64,000 bases of DNA from Escherichia coli (lineage in GTDB: Bacteria; Pseudomonadota; Gammaproteobacteria; Enterobacterales; Enterobacteriaceae): the NCBI RefSeq assembly GCF_036507355.1, contig NZ_AP027877.1; one strand, given 5' to 3'. Positions 22,652-38,326 of the stretch are shown one piece after another. Made by a program: the position numbers and the translations under genes. The notes beneath the pieces were generated by a model, which worked only from the letters and a program-made list of their open reading frames with translations, made no database searches and was not told where the DNA came from. Positions within the stretch are counted from its first letter, which is position 1, and each line of letters begins with the position of its first letter.

Positions 22652-23458
22652 ATGCAAACGTGGTTAAATTTGCAGGATAAAATCATTATCGTCACCGGCG
22701 GCGCATCCGGTATTGGTCTGGCGATTGTAGAGGAATTATTAGCACAAGGCGCGAATGTACAGATGGTCGATATTCACGGTGGCGATGGACAATATGAAGG
22801 TCATAAAGGCTATCAGTTTTGGCCGACCGATATTTCCAGCGCCAAAGAGGTAAATCATACGGTAGCGGAAATTATCCAGCGTTTTGGTCGCATCGACAGT
22901 CTGGTCAATAACGCCGGGGTCAATTTCCCGCATCTGCTGGTCGATGAGAAAGCGCCTGCCGGGCAGTATGAACTCAACGAAGCTGCATTCGAAAAAATGG
23001 TCAATATCAACCAGAAAGGCGTTTTTCTGATGTCGCAGGCGGTGGCGCGACAGATGGTCAAACAACATGATGGCGTGATTGTGAATGTTTCCTCAGAAAG
23101 TGGACTGGAAGGCTCAGAAGGACAAAGCTGTTACGCCGCTACCAAAGCCGCGCTCAATAGCTTCACGCGCTCCTGGTCGAAAGAATTGGGTAAACACGGT
23201 ATCCGTGTGGTCGGTATCGCGCCGGGGATTCTGGAAAAAACAGGACTGCGCACGCCGGAATATGAAGAAGCGCTGGCGTGGACGCGCAATATCACCGTCG
23301 AGCAGCTGCGTGAAGGCTATACCAAAAACGCCATTCCTATTGGGCGCGCCGGTAGATTAGCAGAAGTCGCTGATTTTGTTTGTTATCTGTTGTCTGAACG
23401 CGCCAGCTACATCACCGGAGTAACCACTAACATTGCGGGCGGCAAAACGCGCGGCTAA
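22652..23458 (+). CDS. sorD: short-chain dehydrogenase SorD (D-glucitol-6-phosphate dehydrogenase-like, 268 aa)
   Basis: ORF track; TGGASGIG Rossmann motif, YAATKAA catalytic motif; second gene of sor operon. Confidence 0.85.
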   Translation: MQTWLNLQDKIIIVTGGASGIGLAIVEELLAQGANVQMVDIHGGDGQYEGHKGYQFWPTDISSAKEVNHTVAEIIQRFGRIDSLVNNAGVNFPHLLVDEKAPAGQYELNEAAFEKMVNINQKGVFLMSQAVARQMVKQHDGVIVNVSSESGLEGSEGQSCYAATKAALNSFTRSWSKELGKHGIRVVGIAPGILEKTGLRTPEYEEALAWTRNITVEQLREGYTKNAIPIGRAGRLAEVADFVCYLLSERASYITGVTTNIAGGKTRG

Positions 23459-23467
23459 GGAGGCTTT

Positions 23468-23875
23468 ATGGTCAACGCCATTTTTTGTGCCCACGGCAAA
23501 TTAGCTTGCGCCATGCTGGAATCGGTTCAGATGGTTTACGGCAACGCCAATGTTGAAGCCGTTGAATTTGTGCCCGGTGAAAACGCCGGAGACATCGTAG
23601 CAAAGCTGGAAAAGTTAGTAAGCATTCACAATCAAGATGAGTGGCTGATTGCCGTGGATTTACAGTGCGGCAGCCCGTGGAATGCGGCAGCGATGCTTGC
23701 GATGCGCAATCCTCGTCTGCGGGTAATCAGCGGCCTTTCTCTGCCGCTGGCGCTCGAACTGGTTGATAACCAGGACAGCATGAATGTTGATGAACTGTGT
23801 GAACACCTGACGCAAATCGCAAAGCAAACCTGCGTTGTCTGGAAACAACTGGCAACGGCAGAGGAGGATTTCTGA
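23468..23875 (+). CDS. sorF: PTS mannose-family EIIA, sorbose-specific (135 aa)
   Basis: ORF track; size, order and sequence match mannose-family IIA. Confidence 0.85.
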   Translation: MVNAIFCAHGKLACAMLESVQMVYGNANVEAVEFVPGENAGDIVAKLEKLVSIHNQDEWLIAVDLQCGSPWNAAAMLAMRNPRLRVISGLSLPLALELVDNQDSMNVDELCEHLTQIAKQTCVVWKQLATAEEDF

Positions 23876-24369
23876 TGAACATTACGCTCGCCCGCATTGA
23901 TGACCGCCTGATCCACGGTCAGGTCACTACCGTCTGGTCGAAAGTGGCTAACGCCCAGCGCATTATTATCTGCAATGACGAAGTTTATAACGATGAAGTT
24001 CGCCGGACATTATTGCGTCAGGCTGCGCCACCGGGAATGAAGGTTAACGTGGTCAATATTGAAAAAGCCGTCGCGGTGTATCACAACCCGCAATATCAGG
24101 ACGAAACCGTTTTTTATCTTTTCACTCGCCCACAGGATGCCTTAGCGATGGTTCGCCAGGGGGTAAAAATAGACACCCTGAATATTGGCGGCATGGCCTG
24201 GCGGCCCGGTAAAAAACAGTTAACCAAAGCGGTTTCATTAGATGATGATGATATTAACTCATTTCATGAGTTAAATAATCTTGGCGTCATACTGGATTTA
24301 CGCGTCGTAGCGTCAGATCCCTCAATCAATATTATCGACAAAATAAACGAACAGTTAATCGCAAATTAA
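23875..24369 (+). CDS. sorB: PTS mannose-family EIIB, sorbose-specific (164 aa)
   Basis: ORF track; IDDRLIHGQV phospho-His motif of mannose-family IIB. Confidence 0.88.
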   Translation: MNITLARIDDRLIHGQVTTVWSKVANAQRIIICNDEVYNDEVRRTLLRQAAPPGMKVNVVNIEKAVAVYHNPQYQDETVFYLFTRPQDALAMVRQGVKIDTLNIGGMAWRPGKKQLTKAVSLDDDDINSFHELNNLGVILDLRVVASDPSINIIDKINEQLIAN

Positions 24370-24434
24370 ATAATAGCGCCTGTGTACATATGCTTTAACA
24401 GGCAGGGATGACGACACTTAAAAGGTGACAAATC

Positions 24435-25232
24435 ATGGAAATAAGTACCCTACAAATCATTGCTATATTTCTTTTTTCCTGTATTGCCGGAATGGGCAGC
24501 GTGCTGGATGAATTTCAGACTCATCGCCCGTTAATTGCCTGTACGGTGATTGGTTTAATTCTCGGTGATTTAAAAACCGGAATAATACTCGGTGGTACGC
24601 TGGAATTGATAGCTCTCGGCTGGATGAACGTCGGCGCGGCGCAATCTCCGGATTCTGCACTCGCCAGCATAATCTCCGCCATTCTGGTTATCGTTGGTCA
24701 GCAAAGCATCGCCACCGGAATCGCCATCGCGTTGCCTGTGGCTGCGGCAGGCCAGGTGCTGACGGTGTTTGCACGTACCATCACCGTAGTGTTCCAGCAC
24801 GCGGCGGATAAAGCAGCGGAAGAGGCACGGTTTCGCACTCTCGATATTCTGCATGTCTCCGCGCTTGGCGTGCAGGCGCTGCGCGTCGCCATTCCGGCAC
24901 TGATTGTCTCGCTGTTCGTCAGCGCCGATATGGTCAGCAATATGTTAAACGCCATTCCCGAATTTGTGACCCGAGGTCTGCAAATTGCTGGCGGTTTTAT
25001 CGTGGTGGTCGGTTACGCCATGGTGCTACGTATGATGGGCGTGAAATATTTGATGCCTTTCTTTTTCCTCGGTTTCCTCGCAGGTGGCTACCTCGATCTC
25101 AGTCTGCTGGCGTTCGGTGGCGTCGGCGTGATCATGGCCCTGGTCTACATCCAGCTAAATCCACAGTGGCGTAAAGCTGAACCTCAACTCCTGGCCCCCG
25201 CTTCCACCGCCCTTGACCAACTTGACGATTAA
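24435..25232 (+). CDS. sorA: PTS mannose-family EIIC, sorbose-specific (265 aa)
   Basis: ORF track; polytopic membrane protein. Confidence 0.88.
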   Translation: MEISTLQIIAIFLFSCIAGMGSVLDEFQTHRPLIACTVIGLILGDLKTGIILGGTLELIALGWMNVGAAQSPDSALASIISAILVIVGQQSIATGIAIALPVAAAGQVLTVFARTITVVFQHAADKAAEEARFRTLDILHVSALGVQALRVAIPALIVSLFVSADMVSNMLNAIPEFVTRGLQIAGGFIVVVGYAMVLRMMGVKYLMPFFFLGFLAGGYLDLSLLAFGGVGVIMALVYIQLNPQWRKAEPQLLAPASTALDQLDD

Positions 25233-25242
25233 CGGAGCCATC

Positions 25243-26067
25243 ATGGAACAGAGAAAAATTACACGCGGCGATCTGGTGAGCATGTTTCTGCGCTCCAACC
25301 TGCAACAGGCGTCCTTTAACTTTGAACGTATTCACGGGCTGGGTTTTTGCTACGACATGATCCCCGCCATCAAGCGACTTTACCCATTAAAAGAGGATCA
25401 GGTTGCGGCGCTCAGGCGACACCTGGTGTTCTTCAATACCACGCCAGCCGTATGTGGCCCGGTCATCGGCGTCACTGCCGCCATGGAAGAGGCGCGGGCC
25501 AACGGCGCGGAAATTGATGACGGTACCATTAACGGCATCAAAGTCGGCCTGATGGGACCGTTGGCAGGGGTTGGCGATCCACTGGTCTGGGGAACGCTGC
25601 GCCCGATTACCGCCGCGCTCGGCGCATCTCTGGCACTTTCGGGCAACATTCTCGGCCCGCTGCTGTTCTTCTTTATTTTCAACGCGGTGCGTCTGGCGAT
25701 GAAGTGGTATGGCCTACAGCTCGGCTTTCGCAAAGGGGTGAATATCGTCAGCGATATGGGCGGGAATGTGCTGCAAAAACTCACCGAAGGCGCGTCGATT
25801 CTCGGACTGTTTGTGATGGGCGTGCTGGTCACCAAATGGACGTCAATCAACGTACCGTTGGTGGTTTCACAAACGCATGCCGCCGATGGCTCCACCGTCA
25901 CCATGACCGTGCAGAACATTCTCGACCAACTTTGCCCTGGTTTGCTGGCGCTCGGTCTGACGCTACTAATGGTTCGTCTGCTCAACAAAAAAATTAACCC
26001 GGTATGGCTGATTTTCGCCCTGTTTGGCTTAGGGATTATCGGCAATGCGCTGGGCTTCCTGTCCTGA
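25243..26067 (+). CDS. sorM: PTS mannose-family EIID, sorbose-specific (274 aa)
   Basis: ORF 25213..26067; start taken at MEQRKITRGDLVSMFLRS after GGAG. Confidence 0.88.
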   Translation: MEQRKITRGDLVSMFLRSNLQQASFNFERIHGLGFCYDMIPAIKRLYPLKEDQVAALRRHLVFFNTTPAVCGPVIGVTAAMEEARANGAEIDDGTINGIKVGLMGPLAGVGDPLVWGTLRPITAALGASLALSGNILGPLLFFFIFNAVRLAMKWYGLQLGFRKGVNIVSDMGGNVLQKLTEGASILGLFVMGVLVTKWTSINVPLVVSQTHAADGSTVTMTVQNILDQLCPGLLALGLTLLMVRLLNKKINPVWLIFALFGLGIIGNALGFLS

Positions 26068-26118
26068 TTCTTCGCCCCGGCACGACTGCCGGGGCCATCG
26101 CTCAACATGAGGTGGTTT

Positions 26119-27348
26119 ATGAAAACAACAGCTCTGCGTCTTTATGGTAAACGTGATTTACGCCTGGAAACCTTTGACCTTCCTGAAATGCAGGAGGATG
26201 AAATCCTCGCGACGGTGGTCACTGACAGCCTGTGTCTCTCTTCCTGGAAAGAGGCCAACCTGGGTGAAAACCATAAAAAAGTACCCGACGATGTGGCGAC
26301 CAACCCAATCATCATCGGCCACGAGTTTTGCGGCGATATTCTGGCCGTGGGTAAAAAGTGGCAGCACAAATTCCAGCCGGGTCAGCGTTATGTGATTCAG
26401 GCCAACCTGCAACTCCCCGACCGCCCGGACTGCCCCGGCTACTCCTTCCCGTGGGTAGGCGGCGAAGCCACGCATGTGGTTATTCCCAACGAGGTCATGG
26501 AACAAGATTGCCTGCTGGCATACGACGGCGAAACCTATTTTGAAGGCTCGCTGGTTGAACCGCTTTCCTGCGTGATTGGCGCGTTCAACGCCAACTATCA
26601 TCTTCAGAAAGGTAGTTATAACCACACGATGGGGATTCGCCCGCAAGGGCGCATGCTGATCCTCGGCGGCACCGGACCAATGGGGCTGTTGGCGATTGAT
26701 TATGCGCTGCATGGACCCGTTAACCCGTCGCTGCTCGTCATTACCGATACCGACAACGATAAATTGAGTTATGCGCGCAAGCACTATCCATCAGAATCGC
26801 AAACACTGATTCATTATCTCAATGCCACCGATGCAGCATTTGATACGCTAATGGCGCTGAGTGGCGGTCACGGCTTCGATGATATTTTCGTCTTTGTGCC
26901 TAATGAAGGACTGGTGACTCTCGCCTCTTCCTTGCTGGCGACAGATGGTTGCCTGAATTTCTTCGCCGGACCGCAGGATAAACATTTCAGCGCGCCAATT
27001 AATTTCTACGATGTGCATTATGCATTTACCCACTACGTGGGCACGTCAGGCGGCAATACCGACGACATGCGCGCAGCGGTCAAATTGATTGAAGAGAAAA
27101 AAGTGCAGGCCGCAAAAGTGGTAACACATATTCTTGGGCTGAATGCCGCGGGCGAAACCACGCTTGAATTGCCTGCCGTCGGCGGCGGCAAAAAGCTGGT
27201 GTATACCGGGAAATACCTGCCGCTGACGTCACTCACGCAGATTCAGGATCAAGCACTGGCGGCGATTCTGACGCGTCATCAGGGGATCTGGTCCGGTGAG
27301 GCGGAGCAATATCTGCTCACTCATGCAGAGGCAATTTCCCATGATTAA
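26119..27348 (+). CDS. sorE: zinc-dependent MDR-family dehydrogenase SorE (sorbose-1-phosphate reductase-like, ~409 aa)
   Basis: ORF 26107..27348; start taken at MKTTALRLYG; last gene of sorCDFBAME. Confidence 0.85.
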   Translation: MKTTALRLYGKRDLRLETFDLPEMQEDEILATVVTDSLCLSSWKEANLGENHKKVPDDVATNPIIIGHEFCGDILAVGKKWQHKFQPGQRYVIQANLQLPDRPDCPGYSFPWVGGEATHVVIPNEVMEQDCLLAYDGETYFEGSLVEPLSCVIGAFNANYHLQKGSYNHTMGIRPQGRMLILGGTGPMGLLAIDYALHGPVNPSLLVITDTDNDKLSYARKHYPSESQTLIHYLNATDAAFDTLMALSGGHGFDDIFVFVPNEGLVTLASSLLATDGCLNFFAGPQDKHFSAPINFYDVHYAFTHYVGTSGGNTDDMRAAVKLIEEKKVQAAKVVTHILGLNAAGETTLELPAVGGGKKLVYTGKYLPLTSLTQIQDQALAAILTRHQGIWSGEAEQYLLTHAEAISHD

Positions 27349-27509
27349 TCGCACTACTCAACTCTGCATGTCGCTGGCAGGTCGCCGCGGCAACTTCGCG
27401 ACCTGATGTGCGGCTGATTGCTGAAGCGGCCCAATGTGCACGAGAAGGATAAAAAAACATCAGCGCCTTAAGGGGCGCTCAAATTGGTGGCAAAGTACAC
27501 ATTGTTTAT

Positions 27510-27612
27510 GCCGGATGCGGAATAAAGCCTTATTCGGCCTACATAATCTCGAAAATTCAATATATTGCAGTTATCTGGTAGGCCTGGTAAGCGTAGCGCA
27601 TCAGGCAATGCT
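27510..27612. repeat. REP/BIME elements between sorE and pepE
   Basis: TGCCGGATGCGGAATAAAGCCTTATTCGGCCTACA ... GGTAGGCCTGGTAAGCGTAGCGCATCAGGCAATG. Confidence 0.8.
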
Positions 27613-27730
27613 GTGTTTGTCATCAGTCTCAGCGCCCGGTGCAATACGTGACATCGTGAGCCATGTCAGTAAGTGGTTAAATTCGCAGTGGTAGCATGCC
27701 TTCCGTGATTTCTTACTAACCGGAGAAGTA

Positions 27731-28420
27731 ATGGAACTGCTTTTATTGAGTAACTCGACGCTGCCGGGTAAAGCCTGGCTGGAACATGCACTGCCGCTGA
27801 TTGCTGAACAGTTGCAGGGTCGCCGCTCAGCGGTGTTTATCCCTTTCGCTGGCGTAACGCAGACCTGGGATGATTACACAGCGAAAACGGCTGCGGTTCT
27901 TGCTCCGCTGGGTGTTTCTGTCACCGGTATTCATAACGTTGTCGATCCCGTTGCCGCGATTGAAAATGCGGAAATTGTGATTGTCGGCGGCGGGAATACT
28001 TTCCAGTTGCTGAAACAGTGCCGCGAGCGCGGGCTGCTGGCTCCAATTACTGACGTGGTTAAACGTGGTGCGCTGTATATTGGCTGGAGCGCAGGCGCTA
28101 ACCTTGCTTGCCCAACCATTCGTACCACCAACGATATGCCGATTGTCGACCCGCAAGGTTTCGATGCGCTGAATCTGTTCCCGTTGCAAATCAACCCGCA
28201 CTTCACCAACGCGTTGCCGGAAGGCCATAAAGGTGAAACCCGTGAACAGCGTATTCGCGAACTGCTGGTCGTCGCGCCAGAACTGACGATTATTGGTCTG
28301 CCGGAAGGTAACTGGATCACAGTGAGTAAAGGTCACGCTACGCTGGGTGGCCCGAACACCACTTATGTGTTTAAGGCTGGTGAAGAAGCGGTTCCGCTAG
28401 AAGCTGGTCACCGTTTTTAA
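27731..28420 (+). CDS. pepE: alpha-aspartyl dipeptidase PepE (229 aa)
   Basis: ORF track; [41 protein letters not shown]... Confidence 0.95.
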   Translation: MELLLLSNSTLPGKAWLEHALPLIAEQLQGRRSAVFIPFAGVTQTWDDYTAKTAAVLAPLGVSVTGIHNVVDPVAAIENAEIVIVGGGNTFQLLKQCRERGLLAPITDVVKRGALYIGWSAGANLACPTIRTTNDMPIVDPQGFDALNLFPLQINPHFTNALPEGHKGETREQRIRELLVVAPELTIIGLPEGNWITVSKGHATLGGPNTTYVFKAGEEAVPLEAGHRF

Positions 28421-28424
28421 GTGA

Positions 28425-28500
28425 ATTGCCGGATGCATGATCCGGCATCTTGTTCATAGTGCCTGATGCGACGCTTGACGCGTCTTATCAGGCCTACAGG
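28425..28500. repeat. REP elements downstream of pepE
   Basis: TGCCGGATGCATGATCCGGCA palindrome plus GCCTGATGCGACGCTTGACGCGTCTTATCAGGCCTACAGG. Confidence 0.75.
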
Positions 28501-28510
28501 ATTCACAATA

Positions 28511-30142
28511 TTAATACTCGTCCCGTCCTTCATCTTCATCCGGCTGTTCCAGCACACTGTAAGCCACCGAACAAAACAGCGAGTTCAGGCGCTGCATATC
28601 TCCCAGTAAGCCTAAATGTAGCGAACTGGTTTCAATGCTCTGCACGTTTTGCTGATGCAGGCGATCGACGTGGGCGTGGGAATAGCGGCGATTAAGAATG
28701 CGAAAACGATGTTTGCTGCGGCGCAAACGACGGGCGCTGGTAACATCCCCAGAGAAGAAAACCGACATTGCCAGTTTTAAATTACTGAGCAATTGCTCAT
28801 AGAGCGCATCCAGTTCCTTCAACCCATCAAGCGAAAATGCCCGCCGTGCTGCCAGCGATTTATCAGCAATTTCGCTGCCCATGCGCTCGACGATATCGGA
28901 GGCCTGTTCAAGGTTGAGCGACATTTCGATGATCTCCGCCCAGCGGCGCGACTCTTCCTCCGCCAGCTCTTCTTTTGGCATCCGCGCCAGATACAGCTTA
29001 ATGGCGGTATAGAGAACGTTGATATCATCTGCCAGCTTACGCAGCTCTTTCTCCTGCCGTGGCTCGCCGTGCATCACTTTATTCAGCCCTTCCATCATCT
29101 GTTCCATGGCGTCGCCAATGCGCAGGGTTTCGCGCGCGGCGTTCGCCAGAGCAAGCGTGGGCGTATCCAGCGCGCTGACATCCAGATGTTTAGGCCGTAG
29201 CTGGGTATCCAGTTCCGGTTCATCGCGAATAATCGTTTTGCAAAACCGTGCCATCGGGTCAACAAATGGCAGCATGACCAGGCAACGTATAAGGTTGTAG
29301 AAGACGTGGAAATAGATCACCAGTTCCGCTTTTGGCAATGACAACCTCCCCATTGTCTCTGCCAGCAAATGGACAAACGGCAGGATAATCAGGCTACCCA
29401 CCAGCTTAAACAGCAAACTACCCAGCGCGACACGGCGGGCTGCGGCATTGGCGGCACTGTTGTTGAGCATCGCCAGCAGGCCGGAACCGAGGTTAGCACC
29501 AATCACCAGACAGAGCGCCACGGGGAAGGAGATAATGCCTGCGGCGGTCAGAGTCGCAGTCAGCAGTACAGCAGCAAGGCTGGAGTAGCTGATAATGGCG
29601 AACATCGCGCCAATCAGCGCATCCAGCAGAATATCGCCGGTCAGCGAGGCAAAGATCACCTGAACGCCGTTTGCCTGGGTGATCGGCGTTACGGCCTGCA
29701 CAATCAACTCCAGCGCCAGCAAAATCAGCCCAAGACCAATACCGACGCGGCCCAGTTGCCCGGCGCGTGACTGTTTGCGTCCGAGGAAAAAAATCACGCC
29801 GATAAAAATAAGTAACGGTGACAGCCAGGATAAGTCGAAGGTGAGAATACGCGCCATTAGCGCCGTCCCGACATCAGCACCCAGCACAATCACCAGAGCC
29901 GGTGCGAGGGCTACCAGATCCTGAGCGACGAACGAGGTCACCAGCATGGTGGTGGCATTACTGCTCTGCACCAGTGCGGTAACGCCGATCCCCGCGCAAA
30001 AGGCGAGCGGCTTCTTTTCGACGCTCCGGCTAAGGACAGTACGCAAACGCGCGCCGAAGACGCGCATTACGCCGGTTCGAACAATATGAGTCCCCCAGAC
30101 CAGCAGGGCGACGGCAGAAAGCAGGTGAAGCAGCGTTAACAC
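28511..30142 (-). CDS. yjbB: putative Na+/phosphate cotransporter-family membrane protein YjbB (543 aa)
   Basis: ORF track; polytopic N-terminal domain plus PhoU-like C-terminal domain. Confidence 0.9.
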   Translation of the reverse strand: MLTLLHLLSAVALLVWGTHIVRTGVMRVFGARLRTVLSRSVEKKPLAFCAGIGVTALVQSSNATTMLVTSFVAQDLVALAPALVIVLGADVGTALMARILTFDLSWLSPLLIFIGVIFFLGRKQSRAGQLGRVGIGLGLILLALELIVQAVTPITQANGVQVIFASLTGDILLDALIGAMFAIISYSSLAAVLLTATLTAAGIISFPVALCLVIGANLGSGLLAMLNNSAANAAARRVALGSLLFKLVGSLIILPFVHLLAETMGRLSLPKAELVIYFHVFYNLIRCLVMLPFVDPMARFCKTIIRDEPELDTQLRPKHLDVSALDTPTLALANAARETLRIGDAMEQMMEGLNKVMHGEPRQEKELRKLADDINVLYTAIKLYLARMPKEELAEEESRRWAEIIEMSLNLEQASDIVERMGSEIADKSLAARRAFSLDGLKELDALYEQLLSNLKLAMSVFFSGDVTSARRLRRSKHRFRILNRRYSHAHVDRLHQQNVQSIETSSLHLGLLGDMQRLNSLFCSVAYSVLEQPDEDEGRDEY

Positions 30143-30361
30143 GAGTTCAGGTTCTCCTTATCGTTATATGTTCCTGAAGCAATTGAATGACCAAAGGACC
30201 GGAAACACGCTGACTGGCATCTTTACTGTGCCTTTTGACATTCGTTTTTCCGGCTAAGATTATTCCAGCCTGTTTCCAGTATAAGTGTTTCATATTAATA
30301 AAGAGACAGGGCACTCATTGAGCGCCCTGTTTGTTGTAAGGAAAAGTGACAGATTTGTGAA

Positions 30362-34045
<3,684 letters not shown>

Positions 34046-34243
34046 ACTTGCTCCCGACACGCTCAACCCAGATTTAATAAAAATTCAACAAACCATACTG
34101 GCATAAACGCATCAGTGGTAAAAGCGACCACCACGCAATATGAGATTTGTTCAACATTAACTCATCGGATCAGTGTGGCAACTATTGCATTACACCACAA
34201 TAAAAATGAAAATGATTTCCACGATACAGAAAAGGAGACTGTC

Positions 34244-35068
34244 ATGGTCGCACCCATTCCCGCAAAACGCGGCAGAAAACCCGCCGTTGCCACCGCACCA
34301 GCGACTGGACAGGTTCAGTCTTTAACGCGTGGGCTGAAATTACTGGAGTGGATTGCCGAATCCAATGGCAGTGTGGCTCTTACGGAACTGGCACAGCAAG
34401 CCGGATTACCTAATTCCACTACTCACCGCCTGCTAACCACGATGCAACAACAGGGCTTTGTCCGTCAGGTTGGTGAACTGGGTCACTGGGCGATCGGCGC
34501 ACATGCTTTTATGGTCGGCAGTAGCTTTCTCCAGAGCCGTAATTTGTTAGCCATTGTCCATCCTATTCTGCGCAATCTGATGGAAGAGTCTGGCGAAACG
34601 GTAAATATGGCAGTGCTGGATCATAGCGATCACGAAGCGATTATTATCGACCAGGTACAGTGTACGCATCTGATGCGTATGTCAGCCCCTATCGGCGGTA
34701 AGTTACCAATGCATGCCTCTGGTGCCGGTAAAGCTTTTTTAGCCCAACTGAGCGAAGAACAGGTGACGAAACTTCTGCATCGCAAAGGCTTACATGCCTA
34801 TACCCACGCGACGCTGGTGTCTCCTGTGCATTTAAAAGAGGACCTCGCCCAGACGCGTAAACGTGGCTATTCATTTGACGATGAAGAACATGCGCTGGGG
34901 CTTCGTTGCCTCGCGGCGTGTATTTTCGATGAACACCGCGAACCATTTGCCGCAATTTCGATTTCCGGGCCGATTTCACGTATTACCGATGATCGCGTAA
35001 CCGAGTTTGGCGCGATGGTGATTAAAGCGGCGAAGGAAGTAACGCTGGCGTATGGCGGAATGCGGTGA
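34244..35068 (+). CDS. iclR: glyoxylate-shunt repressor IclR (274 aa)
   Basis: ORF 34025..35068; start taken at MVAPIPAKRGRKPAVATAPATGQVQSLTRGLKLLEW preceded by AAGGAG; upstream in-frame extension judged spurious. Confidence 0.95.
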   Translation: MVAPIPAKRGRKPAVATAPATGQVQSLTRGLKLLEWIAESNGSVALTELAQQAGLPNSTTHRLLTTMQQQGFVRQVGELGHWAIGAHAFMVGSSFLQSRNLLAIVHPILRNLMEESGETVNMAVLDHSDHEAIIIDQVQCTHLMRMSAPIGGKLPMHASGAGKAFLAQLSEEQVTKLLHRKGLHAYTHATLVSPVHLKEDLAQTRKRGYSFDDEEHALGLRCLAACIFDEHREPFAAISISGPISRITDDRVTEFGAMVIKAAKEVTLAYGGMR

Positions 35069-35084
35069 CATTTTCGCCTCTGAT

Positions 35085-36809
<1,725 letters not shown>

Positions 36810-36836
36810 TTAGCGCCCTCATCAGGAGCAGAGAAT

Positions 36837-36972
36837 TGCCGGATGCGGCGTAAACGCCTTATCCAGCCTACGTTCGGCAACGGTTGTAGGCATGATAAGA
36901 CGCGCAAGCGTCGCATCAGGCATCGTGCACCGATTGCCGGATGCGGCGTAAATGCCTTATCCGGCCTACAGT
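36837..36972. repeat. REP/BIME cluster between aceA and aceK
   Basis: Multiple GCCGGATGCGGCGTAAACGCCTTATCC / GTAGGCATGATAAGACGCG units. Confidence 0.85.
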
Positions 36973-36992
36973 CAGCAACGTTTGTAGGTTGC

Positions 36993-38297
36993 TTAGAACT
37001 GCGATTCTTCAGTGGAGCCGGTCAGCGCGGTGACTGAAGACGTGCCGCCCTGAATAATGGTCGTCACTTTATCGAAGTAACCTGTACCCACTTCCTGCTG
37101 GTGAGATACGAAGGTGTAGCCATCTTTCGCGGCGGCGAATTCCGGCTGCTGCACTTTCTCAACATAGTGCTTCATACCCTCGCCCTGGGCATAGGCGTTT
37201 GCCAGGTCAAACATGTTGAACCACATGCTGTGGATACCTGCCAGGGTGATGAACTGGAACTTGTAGCCCATATCCGACAGCTGCTGCTGGAAGCTGGCAA
37301 TAGTGTTGTCGTCGAGGTTTTTCTGCCAGTTGAACGACGGCGAGCAGTTATAAGCCAGCAGTTTGCCCGGATATTTCGCGTGGATGGCTTGTGCAAAGCG
37401 ACGCGCCAGTTCCAGATCCGGCGTGGAGGTTTCACACCATACCAGGTCAGCATATGGCGCATACGCCAGGCCACGGCTGATCGCTTGCTCAATGCCCGCA
37501 TGAGTACGGAAGAAGCCTTCACTGGTACGCTCGCCGGTAATAAATTCGCTGTCATACGGGTCGCAATCGGAGGTAATCAGATCCGCCGCATCGGCATCGG
37601 TACGAGCAACCAGTAGGGTTGGAACGCCCGTCACGTCAGCTGCCAGACGCGCCGCGACCAGTTTCTGAATAGCTTCTTGAGTTGGCACCAAAACTTTGCC
37701 GCCCATGTGACCGCATTTCTTCACTGACGCCAGCTGATCTTCGAAGTGAACTGCCGCTGCACCGGCTTCAATCATCGCTTTCATCAGTTCAAAGGCATTC
37801 AGGACACCGCCAAAACCGGCTTCCGCATCGGCAACGATCGGCAGGAAGTAATCGACATAGCGCGGATCGCCCGGCTCAATGCCCGCGGACCATTGGATCT
37901 GATCCGCACGGCGGAAAGTATTGTTGATCCGCTCCACCACCGCTGGCACCGAGTTCGCCGGGTAGAGCGACTGATCCGGATACATGCTGGCCGCCAGGTT
38001 AGCGTCCGCCGCTACCTGCCATCCCGACAGATAGACCGCTTCAATACCCGCTTTCGCCTGTTGCAGCGCCTGACCGCCAGTCAATGCACCGAGGCTGTTG
38101 ATGTAGCCTTTTTTCGACTCGCCATGCAGCAGACGCCACATTTTCGCCGCGCCCAGTTGCGCCAGCGTGCATTCAGGATTGACTGAACCGCGTAATTTCA
38201 CCACATCTTCCGCGCTGTATGGGCGAGTAATGCCTTCCCAACGCGGTTGAGTCCACTCTTTCTGTAATTCTTCAATTTGTTGTGTACGGGTTTTCAT
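36993..38297 (-). CDS. aceA: isocitrate lyase AceA (434 aa)
   Basis: ORF 36993..38312; start taken at [37 protein letters not shown]; KKCGH active site. Confidence 0.97.
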   Translation of the reverse strand: MKTRTQQIEELQKEWTQPRWEGITRPYSAEDVVKLRGSVNPECTLAQLGAAKMWRLLHGESKKGYINSLGALTGGQALQQAKAGIEAVYLSGWQVAADANLAASMYPDQSLYPANSVPAVVERINNTFRRADQIQWSAGIEPGDPRYVDYFLPIVADAEAGFGGVLNAFELMKAMIEAGAAAVHFEDQLASVKKCGHMGGKVLVPTQEAIQKLVAARLAADVTGVPTLLVARTDADAADLITSDCDPYDSEFITGERTSEGFFRTHAGIEQAISRGLAYAPYADLVWCETSTPDLELARRFAQAIHAKYPGKLLAYNCSPSFNWQKNLDDNTIASFQQQLSDMGYKFQFITLAGIHSMWFNMFDLANAYAQGEGMKHYVEKVQQPEFAAAKDGYTFVSHQQEVGTGYFDKVTTIIQGGTSSVTALTGSTEESQF

Positions 38298-38326
38298 GTG
38301 CAGATGCTCCATAGTTATGTGGTGGT

